Assembly (NCBI GenBank): GCA_964016885.1
Contig: OZ024740.1
Location: 272,552,001 to 272,616,000, forward strand
Reading direction: 5' to 3'
Source of the DNA: Eledone cirrhosa
Lineage: Eukaryota
DNA length: 64,000 bases
The notes beneath the pieces were generated by a model. The model searched no databases, was not told the DNA's origin, and saw nothing but the letters and a program-made list of their open reading frames with translations. Position numbers and translations under genes: made by a program. Positions 28,255 to 43,439 of the stretch are shown here, piece after piece (the first letter of the stretch is position 1; each line of letters opens with the position of its first letter).

Positions 28255-28540
28255 GTCATCATTATCATCATTTTACGTCCGCTTTTCCTTGCTTGCAAGG
28301 GTGGGATGGGTTCTATTCAGCACACAGCATCTTTCCATTCGTCACGGTCCTTCGTCATCTCCTCCGTGAACTTTAGCGATCGGAGGTCAGCTTTCACCAC
28401 CTTCGTCCATGATTTTCGTGGTCTGCCTCTACTGCATCTTCCTTCTACTGTGATTTCTTGGCACTTCTTTACCCAGCGATCTCCCTCCATGCGCATCACA
28501 TGTCCATACCAACGCAGTCTTCTCTCCTGCACACTACAGC
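28255..28540 (-). mobile_element. RTE-clade LINE 3' fragment
   Basis: RRLRWYGHVMRM...EGRCSRGRPRKSWTKVVKADL...DRDEWK; short (TGA/TAA)-type tail. Confidence 0.88.
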
Positions 28541-28625
28541 TTATATATATATATATAACCACACACACGCACACACACAGATACACACACACACACATAC
28601 ACACTCAAATATGTGCACACACACG

Positions 28626-28660
<35 letters not shown>

Positions 28661-28664
<4 letters not shown>

Positions 28665-28852
28665 ATATTCAACCCCGACGGCAGAGCTCAAGCCGTTTCG
28701 ACGGCTATTTCTGGACCACAAATAGCCGTCGAAACGGCTTGAGCTCTGCCGTCGGGGTTAAATATTTTCCTATTACCCACTCTACTACCCTAAGTATTGA
28801 GTACTTTGGTGCGTTATGGTCCATCTGGTTCCTTAACACACCTCGTTCGTTA
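28661..28852. mobile_element. Short TA-embedded fold-back element (family D, copy 2) with near-perfect ~49-bp hairpin
   Basis: GAAAATATTCAACCCCGACGGCAGAGCTCAAGCCGTTTCGACGGCTATTT...AAATAGCCGTCGAAACGGCTTGAGCTCTGCCGTCGGGGTTAAATATTTTC. Confidence 0.75.
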
Positions 28853-29010
28853 TATATATATATATATATATATATATTAAGAGGGTCCGTCGAGCTGCCG
28901 ATTATTGAGTCGGGTAGGATCGATATAGATCGAACCTTGAGCTTATCAGTGGCGAAACGCGCGTCACCTATCAATAAATGCAATGAAGGAATAATCAATC
29001 GTCCTTTTTA

Positions 29011-29142
<132 letters not shown>

Positions 29143-29626
29143 TTATAAGGTTAAGATTGACTGTGAGCCCTAAAAGCTTGTAACCACTCCAAACTTCTTT
29201 CCCTAAAGAAGCTTGGAGAGGTTACAAGCTAAAACCGCCCTGAGCTCACGGTCGGAGCTTTACCTTATTAATATTTCCACTCCGCGAAGCACCGATAACT
29301 ACCGTGGTTTCTTGTCTTCGCGGTTTCGCACTGCAGACATTCTACACACATACTTTCAAGAGGACACTTTCACTTTACTGACCTTCTTAACTGGAATCCC
29401 ACTGATGTCAATAAGAAAGACACTATCCCCTTGTCACACCTCTCCATCTTTTCTTTAAATAATTACCATCTTAACTGGAGAGAAACTATCGCTCCATGTT
29501 CGGTACTGTGTTTTAATAATTAAGTTCGCTACTAGTACAGTAAACACACAACTGCCAAGTGTCGTTCCATATAAATAAATGTGTTTATATACATATATAC
29601 ATACATACGTACACACACACACACAG

Positions 29627-29722
<96 letters not shown>

Positions 29723-29807
29723 ATATGTATATATACATACATATATATACTTATATACATACAAACACACACACATATATATATATATATTTATATATAT
29801 ATATATT

Positions 29808-29924
<117 letters not shown>

Positions 29925-29980
29925 GCATATATATATATACATACATGCATATATATACATATATACATATACATATCTAC

Positions 29981-30093
<113 letters not shown>

Positions 30094-30994
30094 AGACCAG
30101 TTAAAGTCACTACGGGTGAAAAAATGTTTTCTAACTATTAACCTCCTCTTTCGTTTTTTTCTTCTTCTCCATTCGTCATCAGGTGTCATGTATAAGTATG
30201 TACATGTTCTCGGGCTGAGATTGGACTCACGAACCTTCGTTTCCCGCAGGGTTCCCTAGTTTTTATTCACTATACCTAACTAATATAGCTGTATTAGTAT
30301 GTGTCGCTGTATCTGTATTTTCTACTTATTTTACGAAGATTTTGCCCGATGAACACCTCCCCATCCAGTATCAAACTTGTCTCTCTCAATGTAATTACAC
30401 TGACCTGATAGGCTAATTTTTGGCGCCTTATTAAAATGTCAACACAAATTCCCTGGGCACTACTGTATAGGAAACAAAGACGTACACGCACACGCGCACA
30501 CACGCACACACGAACAGTAACGCATCCTCAAACAAACACATTAACTCATACTAAAAAAAAAAATGAAATAAGAAAAAATATCATCACTTTATGTAGATTC
30601 GTGTTCGGATTATCAATTATCTTCTACATTAATATAGTTTCACAGAATACACACGAACATATAAAAAATGAAGAATGGCGGGGAAAATGGGAAAAGGGAA
30701 AAAAATCTAATAACCGTCCTACAATGCTTGAACAGAAAAAAATAAAATAAAAGATGAAAAAAGACGAGAAAAATAGATGTTTTGGGGGATAATTTTTAGA
30801 TGTTTGAGAAAAATAAAGTTGGATCGTTGGTTCATAAACTCACATAGATAATATAATATAATACATTATATTATATTTCTATCATACTAATATATACATA
30901 AACACGTTTAAATGTACACACAGACACAGACACACACACACATGTATATATATATATATATATATATATACTCACATATACATATATATATATG

Positions 30995-32468
<1,474 letters not shown>

Positions 32469-32477
32469 TATATATAT

Positions 32478-32635
32478 AAGCGGAGGCAAATCTTTGAAGT
32501 TCGTCTCCCAACCACTTAGTTTCGGTTTCAATCCCAATGTGTGACACTTTGGGCAAGTGTTTTCTGTTGTAACCACAGGTTGACCAACGCATTGCGAGTG
32601 AAATTGGCTAGACGGAAACTGAGTAGAAGCCGGTT
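32478..32635 (+). mobile_element. Degenerate tRNA/CORE-type SINE
   Basis: GTTTCAATCCC (B-box-like), ACTTTGGGCAAGTG, and a GACGGAAACTGA..AGAAGCC tail. Confidence 0.55.
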
Positions 32636-32729
32636 ATACACATGCGAATACACATATATATATTTATATATATATACAAATCTCTCTCTCTCTTTTTATT
32701 CACACACACACATATATATGTAAATAGAT

Positions 32730-32843
<114 letters not shown>

Positions 32844-32844
32844 A

Positions 32845-32896
<52 letters not shown>

Positions 32897-32898
<2 letters not shown>

Positions 32899-33072
32899 GA
32901 TATTAAACAAATGGAAACTATATTTATAAAACCATATTTATTTCATTATACATATTTCAGGGATACCATATTAAAAATATGGCATGCCTTCTTCAGATAA
33001 AATACAATATATAAGCAGTTTTATCTAAATATGGTTTTATAAATATAGTTTCCATTTGTTTAATATCGTATA
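32897..33072. mobile_element. Short fold-back element with HHR, related to the terminus of the 1705-3500 PLE
   Basis: 32897-32939 is inverted at ~33028-33072. Shares AAATGGAAACT.TATTTATAAAACCATATTTATT with 1717-1750. Confidence 0.75.
32939..33004 (-). ncRNA. Type I hammerhead ribozyme motif
   Basis: Reverse complement: TATTTTAT-CTGAAGA-aggcatgccatat..atatggtatccct-GAAA-tatgta-TA-ATGAAATA. Confidence 0.75.
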
Positions 33073-33154
33073 TCTACTCCAAAACTTGTTGAGTGCTTTA
33101 TATCAGTTATAAAATATTTACTCGTTATAACCCAGCAATTTTAAATAAAACTTT

Positions 33155-33242
<88 letters not shown>

Positions 33243-33550
33243 CATATAATAGTGAAACCGCTTCAAACACCGGTTTTGTACCGGTTGTAACTGAATCAAT
33301 GCAAGGTTTTACTATGGCAAATGTCATGCGAATGTAAATATCAAAATTATTTGCTCACTCACTGACACAAATAGGATTATACTCATGAAAATACATTATA
33401 CAAGGACATCAAACCCTTCTATCCTGTGTATTTGATTCATGGAACTCACGCTTTAATATCTCTTATTTACTCTTATTTCTTATATTAGAATATCTCAGTT
33501 TTGAAGAGATCTCATCAAGAGAAAATGACTACTGAGCCTTGCTCTGATAT

Positions 33551-33647
<97 letters not shown>

Positions 33648-33661
33648 TCTTTCTATCTCTC

Positions 33662-33714
<53 letters not shown>

Positions 33715-33784
33715 TGAGAGAGAGAGAGAGAGAGAGAGATCCATATCAGAGCAAGGCTCAGTAGTCATTTTCTTGCTCTGATAT

Positions 33785-33864
<80 letters not shown>

Positions 33865-33944
33865 TAGGTACTACGGTGAAATACTGGTGTTGGTACCAAA
33901 TCAAGCACCCTATGCACATGCATAGGGTATATAATAGAAAAAAC

Positions 33945-34395
33945 GAGAAAGTTTCGTTTACATATGAGAATTATTTATTGTGTATCGACCTGTTACGTGC
34001 GTTTCGCAGAAGATTGGCTTTAAGTGTCCCATAGGAGATATGGACCCGACCCCAGTATCAATTACTCCTCAGACTTGTGATACGACAAAAGATATATTTT
34101 TGTTGTATGTGGGTCGAAAAGGTATATATATATATAGCCATCGGCCCTATTCTTTCGTGTGTGGCCGTATGTGTGTATTTTGGTGTAATTTGTGCTGAGG
34201 CATTGCCTATATATATTCCTTTTCGGCTCACATACCACAACAAAAATATATCTTTTGTCGCATCACCAGTCTGAGGATCAGATCTATACTGGAGTCGAGT
34301 CCATTACTTCTATGGGTCACGTAGAGTTAATCCTCTGCGAAACGTTAGTAACAGGTCGATACATAATAAATCTTTTCATATGTAAACGAAAAGTT
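33945..34395. mobile_element. ~190-bp diverged inverted-repeat element with HHR-like motif in each arm
   Basis: Arms 33945-34140 and 34205-34395. CTGAGGA...(~60 nt)...GAAACGCACGTA on the minus strand at 33991-34075. Confidence 0.6.
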
Positions 34396-34397
34396 TT

Positions 34398-34497
<100 letters not shown>

Positions 34498-35219
34498 GGG
34501 ATGTGGAGCTGCGAAATACTAATAGTGTTATATTAGAGGTTAAGGAAATCGCAGCTTTTATAGTTTGTTCCTGGGAGGATTTAATTTCTTAATAAGAATT
34601 TCCTCTTCATTATACAAATTTCGAATGCATTTATAAAAATCTACAAACAATTTGTAATTCAGATCACTGTTTTTCGAAGGTTGACATCTGCATACAAGAT
34701 ATATATGTGGTGGTCAGTCAAATAATATTATGAATAATACCAGATGTAATTTGCTTAGAGCTCATGTAAGGCTAATTTCTATTAGTTAAGACTGGTTATA
34801 TTATCGATGTTTTTTGTATATTTACTAATATCAAGCTAATGTAGTGAGAGTGGTTAAAATATCTAAAACTGATTATTACGAATTGTGATCTCCGGACAGC
34901 TAAAATATGTTTCTATGGGTGACGCCGATGTCTTGGTTATACAACGTTCCGGATGTTTAATAACATAAAAATATTTGCATAATTTTGTACTTTAATGTGC
35001 ATGTGGTATCGATGTAAAATTCACGTTTATTACATGCTACGAGGTACACTACGTAAAAACGTAAATACATGGTCATATTGTTAAAAGGACAAATGAATAA
35101 TTTAAATTAGAGGCGTGTATATTCAGTAACTTTGAATAGAAAATTGAGCAAATATACAGATACTGTTTCGTTGGGTTGCTCCATTTCGAAGTCTATAGAT
35201 AGATACATACGCACCCCCA

Positions 35220-35279
<60 letters not shown>

Positions 35280-35371
35280 CACTTATATTTATAAACTGTT
35301 TTTAAGAATAAGGATAACATTTGCTCTCTATTGGAAAGTACGATTGTATGTTATTGATGGTTGTTATTGTT

Positions 35372-35553
35372 AATTGGCAGTATCAGTAGAGAGTCGGACG
35401 CCATGCTTTGCAGCATAGAGTTACGTCCCTTTACGGTCCGAGTTCAAATCCTGCCGAGTTTAATTTGTGCCTTTCATCCTTACGGGGTCGATAAAATAAA
35501 GTACCAGTAATGCACTGGGTAATTGCTGGTCTTGTGCCAAAAATAGAAACAGG
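35372..35553 (+). mobile_element. SINE family 1
   Basis: Matches the family consensus, including B box and core. Confidence 0.85.
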
Positions 35554-36328
35554 TATCGTTAATGTTAATAGTGTTGAGGAATCATGAACAAATCCGACCT
35601 TGCAAATAAACACCAAATAGTCTATTGAAGAACTAAATGACTAGATTGAACGTCATATCCAGAACGTCAAGTACGCAATTGTTAGTTAATACCAATTGTA
35701 TTGCCAAATGAAATCATTGTCGAGGCTATCATATCTTTAATCTTTATTGTAATTCATGCTGTCATAACATCACAACTAAATAATCTGCCGCTTCCACCAA
35801 AAATAATTCTGTCATTGTTATTCTTTAATCCTTTATGTATATTGATTTAATTGTTTGCAATAAATATAGCGTGTATCAAAAAGAATCATTCGCATGATTA
35901 TATGGTCATTTATTTAAAAGATATAGCCTTTTTAAATCGGATGATTCATTTTGATACACTCTGTATATCAGACCAAAATCATCCTGTTCTATATTAGTTA
36001 ATGTGAGACTATATTATCTACTGTGACCTTTCTATGTTTAACATGTTTGGAGCGAAACTTAGCTACTGTTTTTAGCAACCCCTATGAACACGTGAAGACT
36101 TCTTTTGATTTTCATTTATTTCATGGCTATATTGAATTAGTCTAAGTTAATAATAACTAACCTATCACAATACACGTGGTTTTAGGTGATATGCAATGGA
36201 CCTTGAAGAAAGGTATTAAACTTAATATAACTAATTCATTATGTTATATTATGCGAGTGTAATCAATATATTCTAAACTCACAAGTAATATTTTATCATA
36301 ACTACAAGTTGTATAAATGTATTAGATA

Positions 36329-37218
36329 CTCGCAGTAAAACCCCGCGTTGCTCGGGGCTGCTCAGTAGCTGTGTTAAAGTTACAATGTTAAGTTCCTTTC
36401 TTGGCTTAAAAACTGTAGAGTCTACAGTGTAGACTTTCATGTGGTACTTTTGATTAATATTCCCTCAACCAACAGTATGCCTTATGAAGTTAAGAAAACA
36501 TAACCATAATCCGAATGTTAAAACAAAAGAGGATGCTGGGGATAAAAACTGCACTGGTAATCTATTAACAAATCGAAAATGTAAACACTGCAACACTTGT
36601 CTCTGAGAAAAACATCAGCGTAACCAACTGTCAGTTATTTTGAAACAAAGAAATTGGATGGACATGAAAAAAAAAAAAAAATGCGTTATCTGTCTGTCGT
36701 TTAAAATCATTGCTTCTAAATGAAAATCTCATAAGGCTTTATTCGAGATGAATGCGTTTTTTTTATAAAATATTTGCTTGTTTTACGGTGTATTCAAAAA
36801 GACTTTTTAATGGAAATGAAGCATAATGGAAGCTTAATGTTGAAATTTTGAACTCATGAAATTTGCAGGTTAAAATTTGGTTGACCCGAAAGTTGTTTGT
36901 ATATTTTTGTACTTTTGCACGCGTCGTTTATACGTAACATAAATAGATAAGCAAATGACGCTATAAAAGGGAAATAAGTCGTCTCTCATCTCTATTTATA
37001 CATTTAAACTGAAAAATCAATATATTACAAATTCGATTTTTGCACTTGGCGTGGGTCGATTTGAAAATGTTTTTGGCCGATGTCTCCGCCGGACCTTCAT
37101 CTATAAGTGTAGCAATTTCACCGAAATTTGAACGTACGGTTTAGGAGGAGATGTGTGCCGACCGTTTTAGTAGACAGACAGACAGACATACATACAACCT
37201 CAGTTTTATATATATAGA
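36329..37218 (-). mobile_element. Non-autonomous Helitron
   Basis: Minus strand starts A|TCTATATATATAAAA with a (TGTC)n tract and ends with hairpin CCCCGAGCAACGCGGGG, a short spacer and CGAG|T (CTAG variant). Inserted between A and T. Confidence 0.7.
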
Positions 37219-38006
37219 TATGAGAAAAGTATGCCACTTTTCTATAAACAATAATTTAAAACCAAAAATACATGTAAACATATAACCGACACTCAAATAA
37301 CAGGATTATCAAAATAAATAAGCTAGCACATCTAACTAATATTCACCATCAGAAACATTAATTCTCTAGAACAAAAATGATGTTTAGCAAAGGTAGTAGG
37401 CTACAAGTTTATGGCGAAAGAAATCGACTCTAATACTTATTGTACTGGCATTGGAACGAAGGAAAGTAAAATTGACTCTAGCAGAGTTCTCCTTAGAACA
37501 ATATGGTATTATCTTTACAGTTGTTTAATATAATATCCAACTGGCACATTCTTCATTCTCAATGCCCCTTTTTTACGGTGGGTGAGGTATGAAAAAATCA
37601 ATACAAATAAACAAAAACACAAATCCCGTAGGTTAATTGGGCATAATTAGGCATATTTTAAAAAACATTCATAATTTCGAAATAAAATCAAGATGGCAGC
37701 TATGTCCTGTATTAATGTGATGGTATCACCTATCATATTTTGGATCAGTAATATTTCATCCTGGTACCACAAGTTTCATTATGTATGTATGTATGTATGT
37801 ATGTATGTATGTATGTATGTATGTATGTATGTATGTATGTATGTATGTATGTATGTATGTATTATGCATGTAAGTGTGTATGTACATGGAGAGAAATGTA
37901 GAGACACGCTCTCATACGTACAAACACACATAGATATATCATATACATATATACATATATATATATACACACACACGTATATATATTTATATATATATTC
38001 AAAAAA

Positions 38007-38098
<92 letters not shown>

Positions 38099-39336
38099 CT
38101 TCAGTGTGTATAGATTATTGTTCTGTTCTGTGTTTGTGAGGTTATGCTCTCAGTTTTCCTAGTTATAGCTCACTCCCATTTCCTCCAAGCGATACATTCT
38201 GTTCAATTTACTTTTATACGTTCTTACGTTCATTCATTCAATATAATTTCTCGTTAGAATTTAATTTCTTTTCTCTTCGAATAACCTATCACTGACAAGT
38301 AGAATGTTGAAATATAATTACGATTAAGATCATTATCCCTATTCCCATCACATTTTCTCCCTTTTATTCGAGACGTAATGAAAACGTAAATCAGAACAGC
38401 ACAAAAAAAAATATATATATAAATATTAGATTGTCAACTTTACGAATTACATACTTTTCATTTTTACACCCCTCCTCCTTATTCTATCATTATTTACAGC
38501 CTGTTATTTCATCCTTCTTTTGCTTCATTCCGTTCACCCGCTTCATTTTTTCTCCTTTCCCTCTCTTCTGTTCACCAATTGGATATTAATTAAGCCGAAA
38601 ATTTGGAAATCTATATTCAAATAACTATTATGGGAAAAGGGCTCTGATTATTTAATATATATATTTTTTAAAGTTTAAATATTTATTTGAATTTCTTTAA
38701 ATTCTAAAAATAATGTGTAAGGTGTATGAAAATCTTATTAAAATTTTGGAGATAAGAGAAAATTAAACTGTGAAGGACATGAAGAAAATTAGTTATGTAT
38801 TTGAGGCAAAGTAATGACATAATTATAAGTTGATGTAACTAAAACAACAACAACAACAACAATAATAATAATGATAATAATAAATAAAAATAAAAATAAA
38901 ATAATAAAAATAAATTAAAATTAAAATAATAAAATAATAATTACACAACAAAGTAAAAAACAAAAGAAAACTACGTTAATTCCTAAAACAAAATACAGAA
39001 TGAAATAGAAGCTGGTTTTAAATAGAAACTAAGATATTGGTAATCCATATATATCCCATACGTTTTAGAATGTTGTACTTCGCCAGTCTTAATGCCGTAT
39101 GATTTGTTAATTTAATTTATTATTTTATTACTATTACATAACCACCGACTTGTCTAACATTACGAACAAGGCAAAACTATTGAGTAGCTATATGTGAAAC
39201 AAAGCATTTGCATAATAATTGTAGAGTTGAGAGTTCGTTTAGTATCACTACTTCTGCATTATGTAGGTACTTTTAGAGTAAGGGGTAGTAGTATATCTCT
39301 TTTGCGTTGAACTTGTCAAAAGATGGACATAAGAAT

Positions 39337-39371
<35 letters not shown>

Positions 39372-41600
39372 CAGAATGGTGAAGAACTAACTAGTAATTT
39401 GCTAGGATATCTCTGTGCCAGAATGGAGTGCTAGAGCCAACAAAAATATGGGCAACGACTTCAGAGAAGGAATAAGTTACGATATGTCCTCTAAGCAAGA
39501 CGAGAGAAAGTGAATAAGCAGGTAAGGTACGTAGCGGAGTTTGGGGAGAAAGGTAGAAACAGTAGGAATTAAATGATTAAGATAACACCATAAATATTGC
39601 TTATTTTCAGGTATAATAAACTATGTCATTCGTTTGTTCCTAAAAAAAAAAAAAGGAATATGATTTAAAATGCGATTTGAGTTAGATTCAGCTATTATTT
39701 CTAATTGACAGAGCGGCAATTTAGCGCCCAACTCATGTGCGCATGCATGGATCAGTATATGTATTAGGGATAACGAACTGACCTTAGGTCTGATAATGTA
39801 GAAAAAGAAGTTTATTACCGCATAATCTACTTCATCCATATTCTTTGACTCGAAAACTATTTCATATGAAGAATATTGTAGTTCTATTGCAGTTCATTGT
39901 AGTTTGAAGTTGGGAAAGGGACTATTATTAATACAGCATATTCAAACTGAATTAGATATGGCATAGAAGAGACATTTAGCCATAAAAAGTAACCGTAAAC
40001 CAGGAACATCTCATTTAAATTATAAGAAGCGTATCTCCAATCAAATAGCCCTGAACAATAATATAAAGCACTGAGTAGTGTAGTTGTTTCGAAGCATTGT
40101 GAGATATATAGTAAATGACTGATTATCTTTTAAAAGCCTGTAGAATGCAGTAGAAAATACGAAGGGCAAATAATGACAAATGAAACAAAACAAAAGTAAT
40201 GTTTAACCAATATATTTTAGCAGGATATTTCAGGGTTATTATCCTCCTTTTAGATGCGAAACTGAAACAGTCCAAAACAAACAAAGATAATGCAGAGTTG
40301 AAGTCAATCCATCTCATATACGTAGAACCAACGATTAAATACGTATAAGAAACGGATGCCCTTTTGGATTCCCCAGTAGTTCTTCTGCACATAACTTCCA
40401 TAGATATCCTACTAAATATTATTCTCCAAGAATGAATAACCAGAATACTTGAATTTAAGACTTATTCCTTTACCGACTTTGACGAAATCTCAACTGAAAT
40501 GTCATCTATCTCTCTTCTTTGTTTCATATTTTTTTTTAATATGTCACCTTAATTTCCTATGATTTCAACCATTCTATAAAATAAATACATAAATATAATA
40601 TCCTGTTGTTGTTCTCTTCACCTTCTTCTCCTTCCTTTTCCCCATCATCATTGTTGTTGTTTATTTTCATCTACCCCATTTCCTTGTTCTGCACCATGGG
40701 GAAGGAAATGAGCAATGCTGGTTAAAATTCTATGAAGTTTCTCTAACGCACGCACAGACAACGTCAAAATATTAAACAAATTATAATAGAAGAGCAAGCA
40801 ACGAGAGATAAAATATACATGATGAAATATAATATACAACAAATAAGATAGTGAAATTTCAACACCAAGAAGAAAATTAAATAACCTCAACAACAATATT
40901 TCTACACGAAAAAAAAGAAGAATATTGCATATTAGAAATGTGCATTTGTTTTGATAACTGGGTGCTTTTTTGGCGACTCTAAGTTCGTGCCAAAGACCTT
41001 TAAAAAACTACTAATGTAAGTTTCCATGACAATAGAACAATAGAATTATTTTCTGAAGGAATTCAAGGAAGATTCTTTTCTTTTGCTTCATTTATGGATA
41101 TCTTACAGACAGATTTTAACTTTGTCATAGCTTCATTACGTGTCTTAATCGTTCTTAGACATTTTAAATTGACATTAATAGCTTAGATATTTAACAAACA
41201 ATTCAGTGCAAACATCATTATATCGTTTCAAATCATATAAACATTGATTGGCTAAAGGCCAACTTAATAGAAAGTGATATGTCATATCTCAATTACAGTA
41301 CGGATACTGTAGTTACATCACATACACAGGCGTATAATACTATAAAACAAACATTTTATTACGATACGGGAGCACATATATGCACAGATATACGCTTGCA
41401 TGCATACATGCATACATACATATACGGTTGCATACATACATGGATAGATACAAACATACATACATGTATGCATACATACATACACATATACATACATATA
41501 CGCTTGCATACTTACATAAACATATACATATGTGCACGCACACATAGATACAGATATATATATATATATATATTAAATATATACATAAATATATACTTAT

Positions 41601-42175
41601 AAATGGAATAGAATGAAACGAATTTCATTTCTCACTCTTAGTACGGCACTTACTTAAATGTAAGTATGTATGTATACGTACATACATATATGTATACAGA
41701 CGTACAGTAGTATGCATATATATATACATACATGCACACATATATATATGCACGTATCGGTTTACCGAACATTTATTATAATGCTCGGTTTGTTTGTTTG
41801 TAAACAAACAAACAGCCTGAATTACGCCGTACAGTGTTTAGGCAACCACGTCACCTTTTTGTTCAACACTGACACAGGAACGATGTACTAGTTTTAAGCT
41901 TATTAGCTATCGTCAGCATCGTACACCTTCCTGCCAGATGGTTGAACGTCTGAAAGTATATACTTTCCTTATGCATATTAACGGCTGAGCAGCCTAATTT
42001 GCATATCGAGTGAGTTCAGTCGGCCGGGCACAGCGAAAACGATAAATGGAATAGAATGAAACGAAATTTCATTTCTCACTCTCAGTACGGCACTTACTTA
42101 AATGTAAGTATGTATGTATGTATACGTACATATATATATGTATACAAACGTACAGTAGTATGCATATATATACAC
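41601..42175. mobile_element. Family A element copy 2 (443-bp unit plus ~130-bp partial second unit)
   Basis: AAATGGAATAGAATGAAACG at 41601 and 42044. Reverse-complement homologue of 1221-1673. Confidence 0.8.
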
Positions 42176-42631
42176 ACATATATATATTATTAAAACTGTG
42201 CAAACGGGAGACATATACATGCATGCATACATGCATGTATTATGTATGTATGTATGCATACATGCATACATACATACATACATACATAATACAAGCATAC
42301 CTACATGAATGCATGCATACATACATATACATACATATACATACATACATATACATACATATATATACATACTTAAATACATACACACAACCACACACAC
42401 ATAAAGCTGGAATAGAATAGTATCTACCTAATGATGAGTGACAGAAATATTACAAGTATGGATGCACATATAGACATAACGACAAGCATAATGTGGGTGT
42501 ATACACATGCCTATAGATAAGTAAGGACATATGGAAACAGATGTATGGTGACCAGAGCATACACATATACACCACATATGTGGATAAAGGTAAATACCTG
42601 GAGACACTGGAAAGAGCAATACGCATATATG

Positions 42632-42741
<110 letters not shown>

Positions 42742-42759
42742 TACACATGGATACACATG

Positions 42760-43058
42760 GAGATACACAGAAAGAAGACTGCGTTGTTATGGCCATGTGA
42801 TGCACATGGTAGATGACCGTTGGGTGAAGAAATGCCAAGAAATCCCGGTGGAAGGAAGATGCAGTAGAGGAAGACCACGAAAAACATTGGCGGAGGTGGT
42901 GACAGCTGACCTCAGATCACTGAAGCTGACGGAGGAGATGTCGAAGGACTGTGACAAATGGAGAGATGCTGTGCTGAAGAGGACTCGTGCCACCCTTGCA
43001 AGCAGGGAAAAGCGGACGTAAACTGATGATGGTGATGATGATGATGATGGTGATGATG
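42760..43058 (+). mobile_element. RTE-clade LINE 3' fragment with (TGA)n tail
   Basis: RRLRCYGHVMHM...EGRCSRGRPRKTLAEVVTADL...DKWRDAV; same family as 28255-28540. Confidence 0.88.
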
Positions 43059-43439
43059 CATACGCAAAGACAGAAACCTGTGGAAGTAGCAATTTACAAA
43101 GATACACACGCGTACACACACGCACGCACTCCCTCTCACACACACATATGCAAATATACACGGGTACATACTTGTGGAAGTAGTAATATACAAAGACGCA
43201 CACATTCACAAACATACACTGGCACACACGCACACATACACACACGCATGCACTCACACACATACATATGCAAATATACACGGGCACACACTTAGGGAAG
43301 TAGTAACATACAATACACACACACACTCATACAAAAAACAAACACTGGCACATACATACACACACACAAAATACACACACCCACACACACTCTCACGCAA
43401 CAGAAAGACAAAATGGAGTAGCTAGAATAAAATCTAAAA

